Positions 24,701 to 35,372 of a stretch of 64,000 nt of DNA are shown piece by piece (the first letter of the stretch is position 1; each line of letters begins with the position of its first letter). Both the position numbers and the translations under genes were made by a program. Source of the DNA: Antedon mediterranea (taxonomy: Eukaryota > Animalia > Echinodermata); NCBI RefSeq assembly GCF_964355755.1, contig NC_092672.1:33300437-33364436 (forward strand). The letters are read 5' to 3'. Under the pieces are notes generated by a model, which worked only from the letters and a program-made list of their open reading frames with translations, did no database searches and had not been told where the DNA came from.

Positions 24701-27700
24701 ATATGGGCACATAAAGTTTGATAGTGTAGACAGAGTTTTGGTTATCTAACTAGGGGAAAGAGTGAAATAAATTAGAATTTCAGTCATGATTTTAAGTTTT
24801 TTACACGCTAAATTTCAGATCTGGACACAATACATTCTACATCGCCTGTCACGTCCAGTAGCTTGGCCACCACTACTTTCCGAACATTTACAGGTAAATA
24901 AAGAGGCTAGTCTGGCGATTTTAGTCTATTATAGTTGATGTTGAAGAGTGAATTAAGTAATTAATACTAATATACCTATTTTAAAATTGAACAAATTTGT
25001 TTCTGCTATATATATTCAATTTCAATTTTAATTAAACTTTGCCTTCAGCAATTGAGAGAAAAACACATTAAAATAAAAGGAACAAGATACAAACAAGGCG
25101 GTAGAACAATCCTAGAACGTGATTATTTTACGATGCTATAGTTCTGCTGACGAAACATAGTAGATTTATTTATTTTATTTATTTAACATCTTATACAGGC
25201 TTACACAATCAGGTAATAGAAAACCTGTTTTGCATTGTGATCCTATCTTGAATACAAAAAAAATCAGGAAAAAAATGTTTAGTTTTGTGGGAAAAAATAT
25301 TAGATCGATATCTAAATTTGAATAAAGCAATTGTTGGGGAATATTTAAGTTCAGTTTGTAGGTTATTCCATAGCGCCTGCAACTTTGAACGACGAGTTCA
25401 TATTACTAATGGTATAGTAGGGTATTGTTATTAATGCTGTTGCAAGGGTTTATGTTTTAAAAGTGCTATCTTTTAGGTTAAAGCACATTCGTTTGTTTAA
25501 TATCTCAAAATGTATTAATTACTTTATCTTTTTAGGAACGGAAATACCTGGAATTGGAAACCTAAATGAACAGGTATTATTTAAAACTTATTGAAACTGT
25601 TGAAATAATCCATAACATGAATATCCATTGTTTTGTTGCTTGTCTTCTTTAACTTTCTTTTTTCTCTTGTTTAATTTAACCTGCCCTGAGAGAGTTTAAT
25701 CATTATTCCCATTATTGATAGAATATCACTGAGGAGAATGTAGAAAATATTGCGTTGGAACTGGAGAAATACATCAACGAAAAATATTCAGAGTTGTCAT
25801 CGGAAGAAATAGAGGATATTTCATATTTGCTACAGAGTATTGCAAACGTTCAGTCACCAAACAAAAATGTAAGTTCCATTAAAGAAGTTAGAGTGGTGTT
25901 CTGACAGTTCTGTACTAATACTAATACTGGTATTATTTTATTGTCCATAGTTATATAAAATGGAAATACATTTGAAACTGGCATGAAATATAAAAAAAAA
26001 TTATACTATACAAATTCAGAAGATTACAACAAAATACACAAAGATACATTAAAAGCAAGGTTATGTATAATACATACAGATTAAAAACTTTTATCATGAA
26101 ATTATTAAACCGATTAAAAAAGTATCTGTATTGTATTTTATACATTTACTGTTAGGTTTCCGATGCTGTTATTGGCACTGTTGACGCCATACTTGCTTCA
26201 GATTCTTCTTCTAATATGCCTGCAGAAACAACCGCTCGAGTTCTTGCGTCATGTGAGCAACAAATCGAAACCACCGCCAAAGATGGTCAGAATTACACAC
26301 AAAATAAAGAAACACTCTCCATCCAGACTTGTAGTATTGATCCAGACGTTCTACAGTCTGATGTTGTTTTCTACGTTGATGAAAACAAGGGAGAAGTGTC
26401 TTTCACCCGGATGTCTGATTTAAAATCGAACAATTTCATTCGCATACCAAACGGTCTTATAACATCTACAACCGGTAACTATACTTTCAAACCAGCAGTA
26501 TTGGAATCACATGCATGTGCCCTTACAATTACTCTCTATTGTAATATTATTAATATGATGTCATAATCAGAGAACGAAATAATATTATATAACCTTTTGT
26601 TTTGAACTAGGTCGTTTTATTTTCTTTGCAGAGCAAATGGCAAATATTAGCTTTGTTTCATATTATAACCTAAATCTGTTCCAGTCAGCCATGTCGTATT
26701 TGCGAAAATCAGACGTTGTTTTATCAGCTACTATATACGATGACAGACTTCCACTGGTTTTTGACGAACCAATTACTATTACTTCTAAAATGAAAATGGT
26801 AATATAGTAGAACCAGTCCTTTAGGGTACCCCCCATTAAAGGGACACTTTCCCGTGAAACGAATGTGGGGCATACTAATGCTAAGGGACACCTCTATTAA
26901 AGGGATACTCCGGTGGTCTAGAAGGTGTCCGTTTATAGAGGTTTCATACCTTGTCGTAATGCTTTTACGATTTTGCAAAAAGAAAAAGAAAGAATCTGCA
27001 AAAGGTTTTTTAATGATAATTCAGCTGATTCTTTTATCATATAGTTTTACCAATAACGGTATATCTATACTCCTTTTAGAACACAAAAACAGAAGCCTCT
27101 GTTTGCGTATTTTGGGATGAATCTTTAAACGAGTTCGGTGATTGGTCCGATAGAGGTTGTGAGTTTACAGGGATGGACGATGAGGGCAATATACAATGCA
27201 GCTGTAATCATTTAACTAATTTTGCACTTTTATTTGTAAGTAAGGTTTCAGGCTTTTCAATAAAGAAAGAAAGAATTTGATATAATACAAGTGTCGGTTT
27301 TAAATAAAGTTGAATTTGAACTTGAAAAACATATTCTGAAGCGTGGTTCCCACTTGGACGCAACGCAATGACGTCATCGCAGCTTGTTGATGATCCATCG
27401 CGTCATTATAAGGTTTATCGCAAATATAGTCCATGGGCCAGGTCCAGTTTTTTGCGAAAGCAGTATCAAATTGGTAGCAAATGCTACCATACATTTTTGG
27501 AAAGCTTAATATGTCTACTTTTCAGAAATCCATGATAGCAATGCCAATTGTACAGCTTAATAGTAATTTTTTAGAATTATATAACACCGCCTACGGAAAA
27601 TATGCACCACAAAATTTTGGGGTAGGGGGTAACACTTTTGCTAATAACTCGGGATTTAATGAACAGATTTGCATTTTCTTGGTATCAATATGTAGTATAT

Positions 27701-30700
27701 AGACTGCTTAAGTGTAGTATATTTTTCTAAGTAAATCCAACAATTATTGACGCCATTAGAGATCAGAAGGTCATTGAACTTTAGTAAAAAATGATTTTTT
27801 GTCTAATATTAACTTATAACTTTCAGTTTTTTACAAAAAAAAATACAATAGATGTTATGCAAACTGATGTTTTCATGAACATATAGACCCAATAAACAAG
27901 AAAATTGAAGTTAAAGATTAACAAAATATGAATATGCTGTGTATTATGAAGAAATTTGTTGTTTTTAGTAATTTGTAATCGTTTACAATTATGGGGTAGG
28001 GGGTAACATTTTTGCGAATAACTTACAATTTAGTTAACAGATTTACATTTTCTTGTTATCAGTATGTAGTGTATGGATTTCTTTATTGTAATATGCTTTT
28101 AAAAAATGAATCGAACATCTATTGATGTTTTTTAGAGGTCAAAGGTCAATAACCTTTAATCAAAAATGCAATTTCTTCTAAATTAGCTTATAAATTTCAA
28201 TTTTAAACACAAAAAACAGGAAATCTTATGCAAACTAATGTTTTCTTAAACCTATAGACACAATAAATAAGAAAATTGAATTTAACAAACAAATATTCTG
28301 TGAATTTATGAGGACATTCTGTCTGTTAATAGTATTATTATTAACAATTAACTTTGTATTTAGTGATCACATTTGCATATTTTTGGTATTAATATGTACT
28401 GCGTAGGTTGCCTAATTGTTATATTCATTGTAAAAAAATAAAACGTAACATATATTGACATCATTGTAGGTCAAATGGTCATTGAACATTTAAAGAAATG
28501 CAATTTCGTCTAAATTTAACATTAATAAAGTTTCAATATTTGACGCAAAAATACACCAAATCTAAATTTTTTTTTAAACCTATAAAAACAATGGACAAGA
28601 AATTGAAGTTAAAGATTAAAAACAAATAAAAATGTGTAATAATATTAGGAATTTTGATCGTAATAGTAATTTGTAATTATTAAAAATTATGGGGTAAGGG
28701 GTAACATTTTTGGTAATAACTTTGAATTTAGTCTACATATTTTGCATTTCTAGGAACCAATAAGTAGTATATAAACTGTTTAATTGCTATATATTAAAAA
28801 ATTATCAAAATGTTATTACCAATAGATTTATGTGGTTTTTAACTTATTAAACCTATAGGAAAAAATTCACCGTTTAGTATTGTTATGGGGTACGAAATAA
28901 CAAAATGCATGACTTTTTGGAAGCTATACATTATTTTATTTATTATTAATTAAAATAAATGAAATTTGAATATGAGGATATTAAATAAACATATCCAGCT
29001 TCTGTGTTGTAAATTGTTTTTTATAATTTACATTCTAAACATTCAATTGTCTATAGTAATCATAGAAATTGTTTAGATTACCAATTATATCTTTTATTTG
29101 TAACTGATAAGATATTCTAAGGTTATAATTGTTCATCTGGTTTGCAAATGCAAATGAGATAGTTTTTTCTAAACAAAACTGTTATGGTATTGTAATATTA
29201 CAGGACAATTACATTTTACTTCATCTTGATTTAAAGAAAACAGTTAGTTTATTCAAACTCATTAATATGTCAATTTTTTAGATTTTCATATTAGCTGCAG
29301 TTCCACATCTTCCACATACGTTTGAAAGAACTGAGTATCTTTATGTTTTCATATCGCAGTTTAAAGTATGTTCCATGTATCTTGGCATGGTCGAAGGTGG
29401 TTGTAAGTTTTCCCCATTTTGATCAAGGTTACCATTAATATCTATTAACCAATGTTTTAACCAAGAACACTGGTGCAGCATGTTACGGTCTTCAGTCTCT
29501 TTGTATTTTCTGGACTCCTGGAAAGGACCCAAAATATTGCGTCGAGAGAGACATTGACATGGAAATTAACAATTATATTGGAGGATAACTCTGACACAAC
29601 CACCTAAAGTTAGGTGAGAAGGTCCAGTCAATACAATTTAGACAGGAAGGAAAAATCTTATCTGGTACATCTTCAGAAGAGACTGTCATGCATACTTTAC
29701 ATTTTCCTCATTGCTCACAGACGCCACTGAGCCAAATAGTGTTTCTATCCATTGTTGGATGCCCTTCACATCTCTAGAGAATACAGACTGAAGACTATAA
29801 CGTGCTGTACCAGTGTACTTGGTTCTAGTATTTTCGTCAGCTTTTTCATAACATTTTAAAAGATATTAACGGTAACGTTGATCAAAATCGGGAAACTTGC
29901 AAAGTATCACATTCCAAAATGTCAAGGAACATTGCACAAGATCATACTTCAGTTTGCGATAACAAAATCATGTCTTTTAAAGATTTCTATATATACCCAG
30001 TTGTTTTAAATGATGTAGGCTTTACTGGAATTTGACGATGTAATATAATAGAATTAATTTTCGAGAAAGTGTGAATTGCTAAACTGCAGCTGATATGCAG
30101 ATCTGAAACATTTACATATTGTTACGGAGTTCATTTTTGTAAACCAAGATACAGGAAAATGTCAGATGAACATTTATATAAAAAGAATATCTTTTAAATA
30201 CTGTACAAATTTAATTGGTAGGCCCTAGTGTCATTTTTAAAATTACCATATAAGTCGATTAATTGATTTAAAGTACAATCTGTAAAATAATAACAATTTA
30301 TACAGTATAGCCTAAAAACAGTAGCGAGCCGTAGGATGTATTTAAAAAAATAACCAAATACCCTATCTAAAGTAGTGGAGCTGTAGCTTGGTGGTTAACA
30401 TGCTTGCCTTCCAATCCCAAGTTCCGTGGTTCAATCCTGACCTAGTGCCAGGCTTGTAACTCACGACTCTTTCAACTCCACTCCTTAAGCCTTAAGTGAG
30501 ACTTAGTTTATAATCACGATAAATTATAAAATAGTTTATCCACCCTGTAATTTCACGATGAAATAATATATGTTTTTATAAAGCTCCTATCCTCATATTA
30601 AAACAAAATCATTAATTTTTTTTTCAATAATTTATACCCTCCAACAAGTCATGCATAATGTGTGCATTGTGTACCCCACAACAACACTAATACTAAAATT

Positions 30701-33700
30701 TTGTCTACAGGCTTTAAATAAAACTACACAACCACTATTATTTGAGATCAAAATGTTGCATAATTTTTGAATATAACAATTTTTGATTAAACAGTTTATA
30801 CAGTACCCTACTTATTGTTACCATGAAATTCAAAATATGTTCAATAAATTCAAAGTTATTAGCGAAAATGTTACCCCTTACCCCATAATTTTTAAGGATT
30901 ACAAATTACTAATACGGTCAAAATTCTTCATATTGTTAGGGCCTATACATGTTTATTTGTGTTTAATCTTTAACTTTAATTTGTATTTGTACATTGTCTT
31001 TATAGGTTTAAAAAAAACACCAGTTTGTAATAGATTTGTTGTATTTTTGTGTTTAAAATTGAAACTTTATTAATGTTAACTTTGGACGAAATTGTATTTT
31101 TTGTTAATGTTCAATGATCCTTTGACCTACAATGATGTCAATATGTTACGTTTTATTTTTTCAACATGAATATAACAATTAGGCAACCTACACAGTACAT
31201 TATTAATACAAAAAAAATGCAAATTTGATCACTAAATACAAAGTTATTAGAAAAAATGTTGCCCCTTACCCTATAATTGTTAATAACAAATTATTAGTAA
31301 CGGACAAAATTTCTTCATAAATTCATAGATATTGGTTTGTTTAATTTCAATTTTCTTATTCATTGTGTCTATATGTTTAGGAAAACATCAACATAAGATC
31401 TTTTGTAAGTTTGTGTTTAAAATTGAAATGTATAAGTTAATTTAGAAGAAATTGCATTTTTGATTGAAGGTCATTGACCTTTTGACCTCTAAAGACGTCA
31501 ATAGATGCTGGATTCATTTAAAAAAAATATATTACAATAATGAAATCTATACACTACATAATGATAACATGAAAATGTAAATCTGTTCACTAAATCTTAA
31601 GTTATTTGCAAAAACGTTACCCCTACCCCATAATTGTCACAAATTACTAATGACGAACAAGTTTCTTTATAATGCACAGCATATTCAATTTAGAAAAAAT
31701 GTTAAATTCAATTTTCTTATTTATTGTGTCTATAGGTTTAAGAAAACATTAGTTTGCATAAGATTTCCTGTTTTTTGTGTTTAAAATTGAAATTTATAAG
31801 CTAATTTAGAAGAAATTGCATTTTTTATTAAAGGTCAGTGACCTTTTGACCTCTAAAGATGTCAACAAATGCGGGATTCATTTTTAAAAAGTATATTACA
31901 ATTAGGCAATCTATACACTACATATTGATAGCAAGAAAATGCAAATCTGTTAACTAAATTGTAAGTTATTCGCAAAAATGTTACCCCCTACCCCAAAAAA
32001 CGATTACAAATTACTAAAAACAACAAATTTCTTCATAATACACAGCATATTCATATTTTGTTAATCTTTAACTTCAATTTTCTTGTTTATTGGGTCTATA
32101 TGTTCATGAAAACATCAGTTTGCATAACATCTATTGTATTTTTTTTGTTAAAAACTGAAAGTTATACGTTAATATTAGACAAAAAATCATTTTTTATTAA
32201 AGTTCAATGACCTTCTGACCTCTAATGGCGTCAATAATTGTTGGATTTACTTAGAAAAATATATTACACTTAAGCTGTCTATACAATACATATTGATACC
32301 AAGAAAATGCAAATCTGGTCATTAAATCCTGAGTTATTAGCAAAAGTGTTACCCCCTACCCCAACATTTTGTGGTGCATATTTTCCGTAGGCAGTGTTAT
32401 ATAATCCTCAAAAATGACTATTAAGCTGTACAATTGGCATTGCTATCATGGATTTCTGAAAAGTAGACATATTAAGCTTTCCAAAAATGTATGGTAGCAT
32501 TTGCCACCAATTTGATACCGAAAAAATGTCTGGCCCATGGACTAATAGCTTGATTTCCCGAGGAACGATATTGCACAATGCATGATGGGAAGGCTTTGGT
32601 ACCAAACGTCACGACGCGTACGTAAAAACAACAAATCACGGACGTACGTGTTTTGACGTTTGCTCCCAAACCCTTCCCACCATGCTTCGCGCACGCTATT
32701 TGCGATAATAAACCTTATTGGTGCAAATGTGAAATAATCGTTAGAAGAAGACTGATTATAAAATAACACAGTAATGTTGTATTTTGCAGTTTCCAAATAA
32801 TCTTAATTCAAGATATGATCGATTTCTCGAATGGGTAACTTACATTGGTTGCGGACTATCCATTTTGTGCCTAGCACTCACCATCACAACAGTTTTATCA
32901 TCAAAGTAAGCTATTTGAAATTAGCAAATACAATAGAAATAGGCCTACAGTGACAATGTTATTGTTTCACAAAAATTGTTATAGAATTTATGTCAAATTA
33001 CGATTTTTATAACATTTTTACTCACAAATCAGTTGTCCGATAATCAATATGTTTCCCCGCCAATAACTTATGTACGAAAAATACGAAACAATATCTAATA
33101 ATCCCCAACATGCTTAGGCCTTTATTGCATGATATTGCTTTTTTTTACACAGGAAATTACGTCACAGTCTGCCGCAAATAGTAATGTTAAACCTGTGTAT
33201 AGCCTTACTATGTTTGTACCTTACGTTTTTATTCGGTATTGAGCTAGCAACTCCGGGAACCATTGCCTGTAAGAGTGTTGCTGTGTTGGTCCATTATTTT
33301 CTGTTATCATCAATATTCTGGACATCAGTCGAAGCCGTGATTATGTACAAGCTAACTGTCAAAGTGTTTAAGGCACCAACATCATCTTTTGTGTGGATTG
33401 GAGGAGCACTAGCTTGGGGTAGGGTTCAAATTTGGCTGCGTAGGACGTAAGCGCACCGCAAGTAATTTTACTAATCATGACGCGGTGAATCTTATAAACT
33501 GTCGCTAGTGATTGGTCAACTCACTTGCGTTGTGACTAAATTCCAAGTTGGGACCAGAAAATAAAGCAAACTTAAACACAAAGTAAGAAAACGAATCTGT
33601 GAGTTGTTTAAAAATAGAGACTATTTGCTTTCTTTACAGGCCTGCCTTTAGCATTAGTAGCTACATTGCTTATTGATGATAAGCGGTCTGCGACAGAAAG

Positions 33701-34503
33701 TTCATTTTATGGCAATAGTGAATAGTAAGTACCACGTTTTACATACATTAACTGTATAGCGTGGCGTGGTTGTGGAACCTATCACAACGCCGTTTGATAT
33801 GATGTGTACCCATTGCATTAGGTGCTCTCTACAAACAATATTAATCATATCATAACTCCGTTTGACGCATTAATTGTAATTACTCGAAGAAGTTACTGTA
33901 GGCCGCGCCATGAGTTGAGTTAAAAACTTTGATATTCTAAATATGGATCTCTCATGTTTCTTCCACAATTAATTATTTCCATTATTAATTCTCTATAGTT
34001 GTTACATCACCAGTGATGTCGAAGAATACCGCTTAAAATATATTTGTGGACTGTACGTTCCAATCTGTTATGTCATCGTCTGTAACTCACTCATCTTTGT
34101 AAAGGTCATCTACACTTTGTACTTTGTACGCACTTTGGCGACAGGAAAGGGAAGTTCCGAGTCTACGGTCAAGAGGAGAACACGGGCGTCGAACGCCGTG
34201 GCTATAAGTGTTTTGCTAGGCCTTACTTGGGTGTTTGGGTTCCTAGCCTTCGACTACCCGGGGAACGTAGTTTTTCTAGCTTTGTTCTGCTTCTTCAATT
34301 CTTTCCAAGGTGTTGCGATCTTCTATCTCTTTTGTATAAGAAATGAAGAATGTCGAAAAGTTTGGAATACATGGTTAAAAAAGTGCAAAAGGAAGAAGAA
34401 ACACAATCGCATTCATTCACCGGTATCAACAGCATGGACAACTGACACGGATGATAGCAAGAAAACACACAAGCAATCCCTAACTAGCGTAGCCACTTTT
34501 TAA
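18799..34503 (+). CDS. Gene A 3' block: adhesion GPCR (divergent CTLDs, Ser/Thr stalk, GAIN/GPS, 7TM)
   Basis: CTLD exons 18799-19059 and 19417-19560. Ser/Thr exons 20113-20202, 20641-20718, 23180-23245, 23374-23442, 23573-23641, 23781-23849, 24438-24512, 24819-24893. GAIN exons 25536-25573, 25722-25868, 26156-26474, 26632-26798. GPS exon 27080-27235 (CVFW...WSDRGC...CSCNHL|TNFALLF). 7TM exons 32790-32905, 33153-33418, 33640-33724, 33999-34503 (YIGCGLS, HYFLL, LLGLTWVFG, FNSFQG). The GAIN-7TM frame is intact. Confidence 0.9.
19158..19362. repeat. Local direct duplication of about 80 bp in an intron
   Basis: AAAGGAGGGGCGGGTGTGGG...CAGACTACACGGTGCAAATGTC occurs twice, about 128 bp apart. Confidence 0.7.
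21040..21410. repeat. 19-bp minisatellite (TGCGGTGCGGCTATGTCCT)n inside a probable MITE
   Basis: About 12 units at 21150-21385. The flanks TTTCCATTTG and CAAATGGAAA are inverted. Confidence 0.75.
21548..22414 (+). pseudogene. Duplicated CTLD (two exons) with a premature stop
   Basis: Paralog of 18799-19560. An in-frame TAA at 21691-21693 sits where the sister exon has GGA (SDNG versus SDN*). The second exon, 22289-22414, is open (EPG, WMD). Confidence 0.8.
22831..22925 (+). pseudogene. Frameshifted Ser/Thr linker exon
   Basis: Counterpart of 20113-20202. It is 95 nt long (not 3n) with an in-frame TAA at about 22914. Confidence 0.6.
23165..24380 (+). repeat. Tandem array of about 200-bp exon+intron units encoding Ser/Thr micro-exons
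   Basis: Four intact 66-69-nt exons (DLSTVDFISTSSSKPSTTDQSSP-like) with similar introns. A fifth copy is broken by MITEs. Confidence 0.8.
23961..24104. mobile_element. Harbinger-like MITE family A (AAGCTCTGTCTACACTATCAAA...TTTGATAGTGTAGACAGAGCTT)
   Basis: Inverted termini. Related copies at about 19932-20016, 24600-24737 and 56109-56265. Confidence 0.7.
27427..32544. mobile_element. 5.1-kb non-autonomous foldback DNA transposon, Academ-like
   Basis: Termini TAGTCCATGGGCCAG and CTGGCCCATGGACTA, with a 3-bp TSD ATA. Long inverted arms contain GGGGTAGGGGGTAACA-anchored subrepeats. The inner region is also inverted (about 29340-29500 versus 29785-29965). No transposase ORF. Confidence 0.8.
30377..30450 (+). 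mobile_element. Degenerate tRNA-derived SINE head or tRNA pseudogene
   Basis: A box TAGCTTGGTGG, CTTCCAA loop and B box GGTTCAATCC. The cloverleaf stems pair poorly. Confidence 0.5.
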
Positions 34504-35372
34504 TTCACTTTGTTCCAATTAGGCCTAGGACTACATTAATAAGTGTATTGTACTGCATGTATAATAGGCCCAACTAAAGTTATGCAAAGTTGAATTGAAT
34601 CCTATTTAATTGTCTATGAACTATTACATATTAATAAAGTAACTTCTTAAAACCGTAGATAGTATTTTTTTAAATTATATACATTTTGGAATAGTTCTCT
34701 AATGGAAACTACTTAGGTCAACTATGAGTAAAATCAAATTAATTCAGATGATTCGCATGCATAATTATTATTATGATCGTTATCAAAAGCTTACATTGTA
34801 ATATCATTTTAATTATTAAAAATATAATTAACCTTAAAAGAACGTAATCAAACATTATAATACGACAGGCCGTATTTTCAAAGGTAAATTAACATTCTCG
34901 AATATAAATGCCTGATTAATCACAGAGCAATATAGGTAGGAGTCAGGAATATTACGTGAGACAGTGCTAAGTTAGGAATAGGCGATTGTTGTGTACGTAC
35001 TTGAATATAATGTTCTTCTAACCATGTGTATAATGGTACGATATCTGTGTAGCAATTGGCTTTTATTTATTTATTTATATGTATGTTATTATAAGAGTTT
35101 TGTAATGATAAATATTACAGTGACAAAAAATGCATTTATAGGCCCTACGCACTTAGCTGCTTGTTACTCAAACACGGTGGGCAGCGCAAATAATTGAACC
35201 AATCAAGTTGTTTAGCGGCATGGTTATCTTGTTTTCCACTTGAATTGAACATATCTAAGTTCTGATTGGTTGAACATTTTGTTAAAACGCAGAAGAAATA
35301 TTAACAAGTCAACGCTTTCTCGCGATTAAATTCACTTATTGAAAAACAGGCTTAACTTAGAGGAAATAAAAC

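Larger units (their letters stand above)
27408..32717. mobile_element. Small MITE (TIR ATAAGGTTTA..TCGCAAATAGC) whose left TIR is interrupted by the foldback element
   Basis: Left ATAAGGTTTATCGCAAATA, then the insert, then ATAGC. Right GCTATTTGCGATAATAAACCTTAT at about 32695-32717. Confidence 0.6.

Noticed and set aside
30377-30450. Functional tRNA-Gly(TCC) gene
   Set aside because: The D, anticodon and T stems do not pair properly, so it is treated as a SINE head or pseudogene.
27300-32796. Mirror ORFs (27481-27702 and 32408-32605) as a possible transposase
   Set aside because: Short translations of the inverted termini with no DDE or other recognisable motif.
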